Positions 33,531 through 42,939 of a stretch of 64,000 bases of DNA are shown in pieces (within the stretch, counting starts at the first letter, position 1; every line of letters begins with the position of its first letter). The stretch is from an uncultured delta proteobacterium (GTDB lineage Bacteria; Myxococcota_A; Polyangia; Polyangiales; Polyangiaceae): contig CAWAIF010000003.1 in the NCBI GenBank assembly GCA_963782055.1, positions 4,640,001-4,704,000 on the forward strand, given 5' to 3'. The position numbers and the translations under genes are program-made. Below the pieces are notes generated by a model. That model saw only the letters and a program-made list of their open reading frames with translations, was not told the origin of the DNA and made no database searches.

Positions 33531-34601
33531 ATGGAAGCGACAGCAGCACCCTTCGCGATCACAGATCCGACCGAGGCGCCCACCTACGGCGACGGGCCGA
33601 TCTCGCGCTGGTGCAAGGGCGCCCTCTACGACCCGCGCGACGAGGTCTTCGTCCGGCTGACCCTGCGCATGATCGTGCTGATGAGCGCGGCGATGGCGGC
33701 GCTCTGGGTGGTGCTTCGCCACACGCCCGTCCCCGCCTGGGCGGCGATCGCGGCGTACGTGGCGCTCTGGGGCTACTTCGCCCCGCCCGTCATCCTGATG
33801 CTCCACAACACGATGCACCGCTCCTTCATCCGCAAGCCGAAGGTGCTCGGGCGCATCCACCCCTTCGTGATGTCCTTCTTCTTCGGCATCCCGACGGGCT
33901 ACCGCGAGCACCACGTGGGCATGCACCACGTGGAGGACAACATGCAGGACGATCTGTCCTCCACGCTGCGCTACCGGCGCGACAGCTTCCTGCACTTCCT
34001 CGTCTACTTCTCCCGCTTCTTCTTCCTCATCGCGGTGGAGCTGCCGCTCTACCTGCAGCGACGCCGGCGCTACATGATGGCGCGGCGCGCGCTCTTCGGG
34101 GAGCTCGGGCACCTGTCGGTCGTGGGCCTCAGCCTCGCGCTGGACTGGCGCTTCGGCCTCGCCGCCTTCCTCCTGCCCCTCGTCATCTGCCGCTTCATGA
34201 TGATGGCGGGCAACTGGGGGCAGCACGCCTTCGTCAACACCGGGCACCGCAACAACGGGATCGCCAACTCCATCACCTGCATCAACGCCGGCTACAACCA
34301 CCGCGCCTTCAACGACGGCTACCACATCGGCCATCACCTCAAGGCCAACCGCCACTGGACGGAGATGCCGGCGGACTTCCTGGCCAACCGGGAGAAGTAC
34401 GCGCAGGAGGGGGCCATCGTCTTCGAGGGGCTGGACTTCTTCCTGGTGTCGCTGCTGCTCTGGACGGGGCAGTGGAAGGTGCTGGGGCGCCGGTACGTGC
34501 GGCTGAACGGGCCGATGAGCGACGAGGACGTGGTGGCGATGTTGAAGGAGCGCGTTCATCCGGCGAAGGCCTGGGCGGGCGAGGCGATCGGGGTGGTGTA
34601 G
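33531..34601 (+). CDS. Membrane fatty acid desaturase family protein
   Basis: His boxes HNTMH, HHVGMHH, HIGHH with TM segments. Confidence 0.85.
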   Translation: MEATAAPFAITDPTEAPTYGDGPISRWCKGALYDPRDEVFVRLTLRMIVLMSAAMAALWVVLRHTPVPAWAAIAAYVALWGYFAPPVILMLHNTMHRSFIRKPKVLGRIHPFVMSFFFGIPTGYREHHVGMHHVEDNMQDDLSSTLRYRRDSFLHFLVYFSRFFFLIAVELPLYLQRRRRYMMARRALFGELGHLSVVGLSLALDWRFGLAAFLLPLVICRFMMMAGNWGQHAFVNTGHRNNGIANSITCINAGYNHRAFNDGYHIGHHLKANRHWTEMPADFLANREKYAQEGAIVFEGLDFFLVSLLLWTGQWKVLGRRYVRLNGPMSDEDVVAMLKERVHPAKAWAGEAIGVV

Positions 34602-34605
34602 GAGG

Positions 34606-34717
34606 GGGCCCCGCCCCGCCCATGCTCGGGCCCTTCGGGCCCTGCGCGTGGGCGCCCTCCCCCGGCCCATCGCTCGCTCGGGCGGGGAGGGTTTTCTGGG
34701 CGCTGGGGCGCGGGCTG
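34606..34717 (+). repeat. Structured ~112 bp repeat, copy 1
   Basis: Direct repeat of 35898..36019; contains GGGCCC-TTCG-type hairpin and a CCCTCCCC/GGGGAGGG stem. Confidence 0.9.
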
Positions 34718-34735
34718 TGAAGGGGTGGGCGGGCG

Positions 34736-35866
34736 CTACGGCAGGCCCGGGACGGGGGTGGGGGTCGCGGTTCCCGTCCAGCACTCCACGCCCGAACCGA
34801 CGATCGCGCAGCCGCCGGCGCTCACCTTCGTCGCGCCCGTCAGGCCGGGCACCGTCGCGAGCTGCGGGCCCGGCCAGAAGGCGGCGCTGCCGTCGGCGAG
34901 GCGCACCATGGCCCGCGACTCGGTCGCGTCGATCTGCTTCGCGGTGGAGACGCCGACGACCACGACGGGCGTGCCCGACTGGGTCTCTGTGGTGCCGTCG
35001 CCCAGCGCGCCGCCCGCGTTGGAGCCCCAGCAGCGCGCGGTGCCGTCCGCGAGCAGCGCGCAGTTCTCGCCCTGGCCAGACGCGATGCCGACCACGTTCG
35101 TCAGCCCCGACACCTGCACGGCCCCGCTGCTGAAGGCGTACTTGCCGTCGCCGAGCTCCCCCTCGCTGCCGGCTCCCCAGCACCACGCCGTGCCGTCCGC
35201 GAGGGCCGCGCAGGTGAATCCGTTGCCGCACCCCACCTGCACGGCGGCCGCCTGCAGCGTGACGACGCTCGGGTTCGGCGGGTTCGTGACGGGGCCGAGC
35301 TGCCCGTAGTGGTTGGAGCCCCAGCATCGCAGCGATCCGTTCGTCAGGATGGCGCACGTGTGTCCGGAGCCGGTGGTCACCTGCGTGGCCCCCGTCACCG
35401 TCGGGACCTGGAGCGGCACGAGGCTGCGGTTGGTCGTGCCGTCGCCGAGGACGCCGTTGTAGTTGTTGCCCCAGCACATGACCGCGCCGCCCGTGACGAC
35501 GGCGCATGTGTGGGTCCCCTTCGCCGAGACGGCGATCGCGCCGGTGACGCCCGGCACGTCGATGGGCGTCGGGCGGGGCGTGGTCGTGCCGTCGCCGAGC
35601 TGACCCTGATCGTTGGCACCCCAGCAGCGGAGACGGCCGTCGGTCGAGACGGCGCAGGCGTGGCCGCCGCTGGAGGAGACGTCGATGATGGGCGCTGACG
35701 GTCCGCTGTCGGTCGCGTCGGGCGACGCCGCGTCGGAGGGTCCGGGCGCGTCGCCGGCCGCGTCGGTCGTCGCGCCCGCGTCACCCCCATCTGCCCCGGT
35801 GTCGGGGGAGGAGCCGCTGCCGCATCCGATCAGCACGAGGAGGGGGAGCAGGGGGGAGAGGCGCAC
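34736..35866 (-). CDS. RCC1/BLIP-II repeat lipoprotein
   Basis: LIGC lipobox; repeated HxCA...G..CWG.N..GQLGDG. Confidence 0.9.
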   Translation of the reverse strand: MRLSPLLPLLVLIGCGSGSSPDTGADGGDAGATTDAAGDAPGPSDAASPDATDSGPSAPIIDVSSSGGHACAVSTDGRLRCWGANDQGQLGDGTTTPRPTPIDVPGVTGAIAVSAKGTHTCAVVTGGAVMCWGNNYNGVLGDGTTNRSLVPLQVPTVTGATQVTTGSGHTCAILTNGSLRCWGSNHYGQLGPVTNPPNPSVVTLQAAAVQVGCGNGFTCAALADGTAWCWGAGSEGELGDGKYAFSSGAVQVSGLTNVVGIASGQGENCALLADGTARCWGSNAGGALGDGTTETQSGTPVVVVGVSTAKQIDATESRAMVRLADGSAAFWPGPQLATVPGLTGATKVSAGGCAIVGSGVECWTGTATPTPVPGLP

Positions 35867-35897
35867 GAGGGGTCACGGTAGCATGCGGGGGGGGGGA

Positions 35898-36019
35898 GGG
35901 CCCCGCCCCGCCCATGCTCGGGCCCTTCGGGCCCTGCGCGTGGGCGCCCTCCCCCGGCCCATCGCTCGCTCACGCTCGCTCGGGCGGGGAGGGTTTTCTG
36001 GGCGCTGGGGCGCGGGCTG
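35898..36019 (+). repeat. Structured repeat, copy 2 (10-bp internal duplication)
   Basis: Same sequence as 34606..34717 with an extra CACGCTCGCT in a hairpin loop. Confidence 0.9.
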
Positions 36020-36083
36020 GGGACGGGAGGGGACGGTGGGGACTGGGCCCGCGAGCGGCCTCCGCAGGGGAGACGGGACGAGC

Positions 36084-36218
36084 GAGGGCGCTTCGTGCGG
36101 TGCCACGCCGGAGCGGCGGAAGAGTCCCGCCAGCCTTCCGGCGGGGCGGTGGGGGCTTCACTGCGGCGGTCATGACTCTTCCGCCTCGGGAGGGCATGGC
36201 ACCGCACGAAGCACCCTC
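36084..36218 (-). ncRNA. Candidate structured RNA or ssDNA hairpin element
   Basis: 26-bp outer inverted repeat (36084-36109 / 36193-36218) and perfect 12-bp inner one (36115-36126 / 36174-36185); outer mismatches are G-U on the minus strand. Confidence 0.4.
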
Positions 36219-36395
36219 TCTGTTCTTCCTGACCCATCATGCGCGGCGGATGCGGCGGGAGGACTCGATGAGCGCGGCAGGCGTACCGGGTTCCCCGAAG
36301 GGAGAGCCCGCGACGCGCGCGCGGACGGGGAGCCTGTCTGGACCACGCTGCGCGGGCCGTCGATGGACCGCATGCGCGTTAGAGTTGGAGGGGCG

Positions 36396-37154
36396 ATGGG
36401 ATGGACCTCCGAGCGGAAGCTGCGGGCGGCGATCGACGGGCCGCTCGGGCCCATGTCGACGCGCCCCGACACGCGCGTCGTCGCGCGGGAGGGATGGTTT
36501 CAGCGGATCACGCCGTCGGCGCCCGGCAGCCACCTCAACGAGGTCCTCGTCTCCGTCGTGGACGAGGGCGACGCCGAGCGCGTCATCGAGGAGGTGGTGA
36601 CCGAGTACCGCGCGCTCGGCAAGCCGACGAAGTGGTGCACCGGCCCGTGGACGCGCCCGGCCGACTTCGGCGAGCGGCTCCTGCGGCGCGGCTTCCGCGG
36701 CTGGGGGACGCGCGGCATGGGCCGCGCCACCGACGCGCCCATCGCGCCCGGCGCGGCGCGGGTGCGTCTCGTGGAGACGGAGGCCGACCTGGACGCGTAC
36801 CTCCGCACGAGCCGCCTCGCCTGGTCCATCGACGACGACAATCTCGAGCCCACCCGCGCGGCGTACCGCGAGATCCTCGGCACGCTCCTCTTTCTCTTCG
36901 TCGCGGAGGACGCCGGGACGAGCGGCCTGCTGCTGCGCGAGGACCACGCGTACCTGGTCGGCGGCGCGGTGACGGAGGCGGCGCGCGGGCGTGGCCTCTA
37001 CCGCGCGCTCGTCGCCGCCCGCCAGGCGTTCCTTCGCGACCGCGGCGTCGAGTACGCGGTCACCCACGCGCGCGAGGCGACGTCGGCCCCGATGCTCGAG
37101 CACCTCGGCTTCGAGACTCTGTACCGTGGGGCGTGCTACCAGCTCGACGTCTGA
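36396..37154 (+). CDS. GNAT-family acetyltransferase
   Basis: GGAVTEAARGRGLYRALV motif A; SAPMLEHLGF; GGAG upstream of ATG. Confidence 0.8.
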   Translation: MGWTSERKLRAAIDGPLGPMSTRPDTRVVAREGWFQRITPSAPGSHLNEVLVSVVDEGDAERVIEEVVTEYRALGKPTKWCTGPWTRPADFGERLLRRGFRGWGTRGMGRATDAPIAPGAARVRLVETEADLDAYLRTSRLAWSIDDDNLEPTRAAYREILGTLLFLFVAEDAGTSGLLLREDHAYLVGGAVTEAARGRGLYRALVAARQAFLRDRGVEYAVTHAREATSAPMLEHLGFETLYRGACYQLDV

Positions 37155-37275
37155 CGGGCGGGGCGCCTTCGGCGACGCTCGCGCCCGCGACGCGATCAAC
37201 GTTCGCGCTCACTGGCGCTAGAGGTGCACCGGCCGGGGCGGTGGACGCGTCACGCGACCCGCGGGTGACTGGCGC

Positions 37276-37653
37276 TCAGCGTGCGAAGGCGATGACGTGG
37301 CCGTCGGGATCGAAGAGGTACGCGACGCTCGCGCCCCAGTCGCGCGGCTGGAGCTCGCTGATCATCCTCGCGCCCGCGGCGAGGGCGCGCGCCACGTGGG
37401 CCTCCGGCTCGGCCACGACGAGGTAGATCTCGGCGCGCGGCGCGCTGCTCGCGCGGGAGGGATCGACGGCGTCGCCGAGCAGCCGCGCGATGCCGCGCTC
37501 GGGCATGAGGCCGAGCACGCAGCCGCCGAGGTCGAACTCGGTCATGCCGGGCACGTCCAGCGACGGGGCGACGTCGAGGACACGGCGGTAGAAGTCGCGG
37601 CTCGCCTCCTGATCGCGGACGTAGAAGATGAAGTGCGCGCGCGACACGGTCAT
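37276..37653 (-). CDS. VOC/glyoxalase family protein
   Basis: FIFYVRDQEASRDFY...RDWGASVAYLFDPDGHVIAF. Confidence 0.85.
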   Translation of the reverse strand: MTVSRAHFIFYVRDQEASRDFYRRVLDVAPSLDVPGMTEFDLGGCVLGLMPERGIARLLGDAVDPSRASSAPRAEIYLVVAEPEAHVARALAAGARMISELQPRDWGASVAYLFDPDGHVIAFAR

Positions 37654-37699
37654 CCCGCGACGTTCGCACGGATCGGACGAAAGGTCGCGCGCGCGCCGG

Positions 37700-38105
37700 T
37701 GACTGAGGTCAGAAAGAAGGTCCCCTTCGCCCGGCGCGTCGCCGCCCCCAAGAAGGTCTGGAAGCGTGTACGCCCAGGCGACCGTCTCGAGCCGATCGAG
37801 CAAGGACCATCGAAGCTTCGTGGCCTTCGACGAGTTGCATGGCGGACCCGAGATCCCCAGAGCCCCTCCGCCACTCTCGCCTAGCATCAGTCGAGCGACG
37901 GTCGCCTTGTCGGACCTCGGTGGGATCTCAATCTGGAGAAGAAAGGGCGTCACGGTCTGATCCGAGAGCAGGATGCACGTCCCCACCAACTCGGCCGCTG
38001 CAGGCCCAGTCTTGATGGCTCGCTCCGTGAAGAACCCGTCCAGGCCTTCTCCCCTCCATTCGGAATGGTGCTCGCTCAAGAGTGCCGGAAGAAGGCGGCC
38101 GAGCG
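37700..38105 (-). pseudogene. Degraded, lower-GC hypothetical gene remnant in frame with the VOC gene
   Basis: Protein-like LGRLLPALLSEHHSEWRGEGLDGFF...CILLSDQTVTPF; in-frame TGA just upstream; visibly more A/T at third positions. Confidence 0.4.
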
Positions 38106-38191
38106 CGGGTCTTCATGGAGGGCTCACCTCCCTTTGCACAGAGGCTACCACCAGGCGTGGACGCCACTCGCCAAGGTGGTAGAGACCCGCC

Positions 38192-39343
38192 ATGGGCGAG
38201 CCCCGGGGGCACAACCTTCTTCGCGTGGCAGCCGCCGCCGGCGCCGCCGCCCTGGTTGTGGTCGGCTGCGGCGGGGAGGTCGCGCCTGCCGCGGTCGACG
38301 CCGGCTCCGGCGTCACCGACGCGGGCACGCCGCACGTCGTGGACGCGGGGAGCGCCGACGCCGAGCTTCCGTGCGATGCGAGCGGGACGTGTCCCCCGCC
38401 GCCGGTGGTGATCGCGACCAACCAGACGCCGGACCTCGTCGCAGTGGACGGGACCAACGTGTACTGGACGAGCACCGGCCTGGGCACGGCGCGCATCTCC
38501 TTCTGTGCGGTCGGAGGGTGCAATGACACCCCGACCGTCCTGTGGTCGTGGAGCTATTTCTCCGCCGTTGGTCTCGCGGTGGTCGGGCCCGGCGTCTACT
38601 TCCCGGCAGGCACCCAGTACGTCGCCACGTGCGCGGTGGCCGGGTGCAACAACACCCCGACCAACCTCGTCTCCACGCTGAGCGAGAACATCACCGGCTT
38701 CGCGGCGGACCAGACGCGCGTCTACTGGGCGGGCTCCGGAGGCGGCGTGCAGTCGTGCGACCTCGCGGGGTGCGACGGCGTCCCGACGACGCTCGGTGCC
38801 TCGCCTCAGGGCTTCTACCTCGGCCTCGCCGTGGGTCCCACGCGCGTCTTCTGGTCGGACGCGACCAAGATCCTGGCCTGCCCGAAGACCGGCTGCGCGG
38901 GGCCGCCGACGGTGCTCGCCTCCGGGCGCGTCGGGCCGTGGTCCGTCGCGACCGACGGGAAGAACGTGTACTGGATCGAGCTGGGCAAGGCGAACGGTGG
39001 GGGCAAGATCCCCCTCCAGGACTACTCCGACGGCGCCGTCCTCTCGTGCGCGGTCACCGGCTGCAACGACTCGCCGACGGTCCTCGCGTCCTACCCCACG
39101 TGGCGCGGCGGCAACGCCATCGCCGCCGACGCCTCGGGCGTCTACTGGTCGACGGACGACGCGAGCGGCACCCTCCGCCAAATCGTCGGGTGCGCCGCCG
39201 GTGGTTGCGGCGGGCACCCGAAGGTCTACGCGACGACGAGCTCCACCCCGAACTGGCCCGCCACGCGCGGCGTCGCGGTGGACGCGACGAACGTGTACTG
39301 GACCAATCGCGGGCTGGGGGAGGTGCTCACTGCGCCGAAGTGA
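38192..39343 (+). CDS. Lipoprotein with VYW-type beta-propeller repeats and CxxxGC inserts
   Basis: VVGC lipobox; repeated (V/A)DxxxVYW and CAVxGC. Confidence 0.8.
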   Translation: MGEPRGHNLLRVAAAAGAAALVVVGCGGEVAPAAVDAGSGVTDAGTPHVVDAGSADAELPCDASGTCPPPPVVIATNQTPDLVAVDGTNVYWTSTGLGTARISFCAVGGCNDTPTVLWSWSYFSAVGLAVVGPGVYFPAGTQYVATCAVAGCNNTPTNLVSTLSENITGFAADQTRVYWAGSGGGVQSCDLAGCDGVPTTLGASPQGFYLGLAVGPTRVFWSDATKILACPKTGCAGPPTVLASGRVGPWSVATDGKNVYWIELGKANGGGKIPLQDYSDGAVLSCAVTGCNDSPTVLASYPTWRGGNAIAADASGVYWSTDDASGTLRQIVGCAAGGCGGHPKVYATTSSTPNWPATRGVAVDATNVYWTNRGLGEVLTAPK

Positions 39344-39467
39344 GCGCGACCCGCTCGCGAAGCAGCACGCCCCGACACGACCGGCGGCATGCGGGTGCCT
39401 CACCCGGAGGCCAAAGTGAATTCGGCGGCTTCCCCTTGGTTCGCGTTCGCGAATCGCGACCGCTCAT

Positions 39468-40325
39468 TTAGAAGTCGACGCGCAGCGAGCCGGCCGCGCC
39501 GTCCGGGGTGGGGCCGAACCCCACCGTGGCGGTCGGGTGACCTTCGTGGCCGCCCGGCCGCGCGATGAAGAGCCACGTGGCCACCGCGGCCGCCACGACG
39601 CCCACGCCGAGCAGGACGTCCGAGACGATGAGCTCGGTGTTCACGGCGGAGACGTCACCGTGGACGCAGCGCGGCGCGCACGTCGAGCGCAGGGCGTCGG
39701 CCGTCGACTTCGCGTCGATGCCGGTGCCGACGGCGGCGGCGACCGCCGCGACGCTGACGCCCGAGGCCAGGATCGCCGGCCAGAGCGGTCCACGCGCGCG
39801 GCCGGCGGGCGTGCTCGAGGGCGCGGCCGGCGTCGCCGTCGGCTTCGCGGTGCCCGCGGCGAAGCGCACGTCGACCAGCCGGTTCTTCTCGGCCACGCGG
39901 ATGACGAGATGCTGCTCGACGGGGGGCAGCGAGCCGTGCGTGTAGCGCAGCGTGTGCTCGCCCGGGTCGACGGCGAGCGCCTGTCCGTTCAGGCGATCGA
40001 CCAGCGGCTTGCCGTCGACCTCGACGCGCACGTCGGCGAGGTCGGCGCCGCTCGCGTCGCGCGCCGCGATGACGATCGTGGGCTGGGCGGACTCGATGCC
40101 GGACAGGATCCTCGTGCACTCGTCGCGCACGAAGCCCGGGCACTCCTCCCGTGCGCAGACGAGCGCCTGCTGCTTGGCGCCGGCGAGCTTGTCGTCCTTG
40201 CGGAGGTATTGCGCCTTCTCGAACGCCGCGGCGCATTCCTCGTGCGTGGTGGTGGTCTCGTCGGCCAGCGCGGGGAGCGCCGCCAGGACGCCCGCCACGA
40301 CGACGACGACCGCGCGCGCCCTCAC
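39468..40325 (-). CDS. Secreted/membrane protein with PEGA-like domain and C-terminal TM helices
   Basis: Signal peptide, CAREECP, VEVDGK...VDPGEHTL; overlaps the kinase stop. Confidence 0.7.
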   Translation of the reverse strand: MRARAVVVVVAGVLAALPALADETTTTHEECAAAFEKAQYLRKDDKLAGAKQQALVCAREECPGFVRDECTRILSGIESAQPTIVIAARDASGADLADVRVEVDGKPLVDRLNGQALAVDPGEHTLRYTHGSLPPVEQHLVIRVAEKNRLVDVRFAAGTAKPTATPAAPSSTPAGRARGPLWPAILASGVSVAAVAAAVGTGIDAKSTADALRSTCAPRCVHGDVSAVNTELIVSDVLLGVGVVAAAVATWLFIARPGGHEGHPTATVGFGPTPDGAAGSLRVDF

Positions 40326-41734
40326 AGGCACTCCGGCTTGATGTGCTTGATGCCGCTGGAGTCGACGTAGAACGGCTCGCGGCACGCGTTGCGCGTCGAG
40401 TGGACAGCGGCCTTGTGGTGCACGGCCGGGGCGGCGTGCGTCGCGGCGACCGTGGCGCTGGGCGTCGCGCTCGCAGGTGGAGGCGCCGGCTTGTCGACGT
40501 ACACCGTGACCGTCTCGGGCGGGGGCGGGGCGACGGGGGCGGCCGGGGTCGATGCGGCCGCCGACGCCGCGGACGCTGCCGGCGCGGCATCGTGCCCCCC
40601 GAAGACCCTCGCGCCGATCGCCACGGCCGCGATCACCACCGCGACCGCGACCGCCGCGCCGCCGAGGACGAGCGCGCTCCGGCCGCCCGTTCGCCGGACC
40701 GCGGAGCGCGCGGACGCGTCGTCGCCCGTCGCGGCGTCTTCGCGCGCGAAGACGTTCGAGCGGCTCTCGATCTCGTGGACACGCGCGACGCGCGCTTCGA
40801 TCGCGTCGTGCGCGACCGACTCGACCCACGCGCCCACCTCCGAGGCGGTCGCGAGCGGGGAGGCCTTCTCGATCGCGAGCGCCATGTCCCGCGCCGTCTG
40901 GAACCGGTCCGCCGGATCGCGAGAGAGAGCGCACATGCAGATGACGTCGAGCTCCTCCGGCACGCTCGGGGTCACGTCGCGAGGCCGCTGCACCTCGGCG
41001 GCGAGGATCTTCGCCATCACGCGCGCGTCGGTCGCGCCGGCGAAGAGCCGCGTGCTCGTCAGCGCCTCCCACAGGACGACGCCCGCCGAAAAGACGTCGG
41101 CGCGTCGGTCGACCACGTCGCTCGAGAGCTGCTCGGGCGCCATGTACGACACCTTGCCCTTCACCTGGCCGTCACGCGTCGACTGCGAGCGCTGCGTGGC
41201 CTTCGCGACGCCGAAGTCGAGCAGGCGCGCGACGCCGTCGACGCCGACGATGATGTTCTGCGGCGAGACGTCGCGGTGCACGATGTCGAGCGGCTCGCCC
41301 TTCTCGCCGCGCGCCTCGTGCGCCGCGTGGAGCCCGTGGAGCACGCCCGTGAGGATGCCGGCGACGATCGGGAAGGGGACGATCTGCTGCGCGGCGCGCG
41401 TCCGGCGCACGAGCTTGGAGAGCGCCTCGCCCTGCACGTACTCCATCACGAGCAGGAGCTCGTCGTCGGCCTGCACCACGTCGAGCGTCGGCACCACGTT
41501 CGGATGGCGGATGCGCGCGACGAGGCGCGCCTCGTCGAGAAACATGGCGACGAACTCGGCGTCCTTGGCGTACTGCGTGTGCAGGCGCTTGATGGCGACC
41601 GTGCGCGAGAACCCGACGGGCCCGAGGAGGCGCCCGAGGTGAACCGTCGCCATGCCGCCTGACGCGATCTCGTCGTACAGCGCGTACCGACCTACGGTCC
41701 TCCCCGACGATGCAGAGAGTGGCTCGGAGCCCAT
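40322..41734 (-). CDS. Membrane Ser/Thr protein kinase
   Basis: IASGGMATV, VAIK, HRDVSPQN, DFG, YMAPE, TM helix. Confidence 0.95.
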   Translation of the reverse strand: MGSEPLSASSGRTVGRYALYDEIASGGMATVHLGRLLGPVGFSRTVAIKRLHTQYAKDAEFVAMFLDEARLVARIRHPNVVPTLDVVQADDELLLVMEYVQGEALSKLVRRTRAAQQIVPFPIVAGILTGVLHGLHAAHEARGEKGEPLDIVHRDVSPQNIIVGVDGVARLLDFGVAKATQRSQSTRDGQVKGKVSYMAPEQLSSDVVDRRADVFSAGVVLWEALTSTRLFAGATDARVMAKILAAEVQRPRDVTPSVPEELDVICMCALSRDPADRFQTARDMALAIEKASPLATASEVGAWVESVAHDAIEARVARVHEIESRSNVFAREDAATGDDASARSAVRRTGGRSALVLGGAAVAVAVVIAAVAIGARVFGGHDAAPAASAASAAASTPAAPVAPPPPETVTVYVDKPAPPPASATPSATVAATHAAPAVHHKAAVHSTRNACREPFYVDSSGIKHIKPECL

Positions 41735-41799
41735 TCGATATCAACGTATCGGTTTTTCGCGACGCGTGCACCGGCATTTCTGGTAATCTCAAGTGGCCC

Positions 41800-42690
41800 G
41801 TGAGATCTCTCGTTCGGCGCACGGCTCTGCTCGCTGTCCTTGGCGCCGTCGGGGCCTGTTCCCTCTTCGTCGACACGGGCGGGCTCGACACCGAGACCGA
41901 CGACGGCGGCGGCCTCGACGGCACGCTGGACGTCTCCTCGCCCGACGCGGGCGACGCGAGCGCGGCCGACGCGAGCGACGCGAGCGACGCGAGCGCGGCG
42001 GACGCGGGCGACGCGTCGGAGGGGGGGTGCCCGTCGGGCAAGGGCCCGGAGATGGTCGCCATCCCCGGCGGCTTCTGCATCGACAGCACGGAGGTCACGC
42101 GGGGCCAGTACGCGGCGTTTCTCGCGACGTCGCCGAGCACCGCCGGGCAGCCGGCCGTGTGCTCGTGGAACACGAACTTCACTCCGAGCAACTGGAGCCC
42201 GACGCCCTCGAACTACCCCGTCGCCAGCGTCGACTGGTGCGACGCGTACGCCTTCTGCAAGTGGGCGGGCAAGCGCATGTGCGGCGCCATCGACGGCGGC
42301 CCCCTCCCCTTCAACTCGGCCACCAACCCGAACCAGTCGCAGTGGTACCGCGCCTGCAGCGACAACGCCGCGCTCGTATATCCGTACGGCAACAGCTACG
42401 TCGCCGGCACGTGCAACGCACCGACCGGCGACGCGTCGATCGCGGCGGTCAAGAGCTTCGCCGGATGCCAGGGCGGCTTCGGCGGCCTCTACGACATGGC
42501 CGGCAACGTCGAGGAGTGGCAGGACTCCTGCCAGGGCGACGCCGGCCCAGGTGACGCGTGCCGCGATCAGGCGGGTACCTTCGGCTATGTCTCCGGCGAC
42601 CCGGTCAACAGCACCAAGTGCACGTTCCTCGACACCGACTCGCGCGGCAACCACCTCGGCGACCTCGGCATCCGCTGCTGCTACCCGTGA
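41800..42690 (+). CDS. FGE-sulfatase domain lipoprotein
   Basis: VGAC lipobox; FCIDSTEVT, VDWCDAYAFCKWAGKR, DMAGNVEEW, GIRCC. Confidence 0.85.
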   Translation: MRSLVRRTALLAVLGAVGACSLFVDTGGLDTETDDGGGLDGTLDVSSPDAGDASAADASDASDASAADAGDASEGGCPSGKGPEMVAIPGGFCIDSTEVTRGQYAAFLATSPSTAGQPAVCSWNTNFTPSNWSPTPSNYPVASVDWCDAYAFCKWAGKRMCGAIDGGPLPFNSATNPNQSQWYRACSDNAALVYPYGNSYVAGTCNAPTGDASIAAVKSFAGCQGGFGGLYDMAGNVEEWQDSCQGDAGPGDACRDQAGTFGYVSGDPVNSTKCTFLDTDSRGNHLGDLGIRCCYP

Positions 42691-42784
42691 TCGCGGCGTC
42701 ACCTCGGGTTGCCGCTGCCGCCGCGTCGCGCATCGGTCCCTGCGACAGACGGAAGAAGAGACGCCCTCCCGAGGTTCACCCAGC

Positions 42785-42931
42785 GTGCGCGAGGACATCG
42801 CGCGGCTCGACGCCACGACGCTGCGCGCCATGCTCGGCGACAAGCTCGAGCTCGCCATCCGGCTGCTCGAGGCGGAGGGCGAGGTCGGCGACCCCGGCGC
42901 GGAGCGCCTCCTCGCGGCGCTCCGCGGGTGA
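42785..42931 (+). other. Short helical ORF or gene remnant
   Basis: 48 aa with typical codon usage (REDIARLDATTLRAMLGDKLEL...), no clear expression signal. Confidence 0.3.
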
Positions 42932-42939
42932 GCGCGCGC

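Noticed and set aside
36084..36218. SRP RNA, 6S RNA, tRNA, attC or retron msr-msd
   Set aside because: Has CCGGAAGG but not the SRP CAGG...AGCAG context; no large central bubble, no T-loop, no RYYYAAC/GTTRRRY ends, no nearby RT.
41944..42017. Short GACGCGAGC tandem repeats resembling an array
   Set aside because: They encode the DAS/DAG low-complexity linker of a lipoprotein; no spacers or cas genes.
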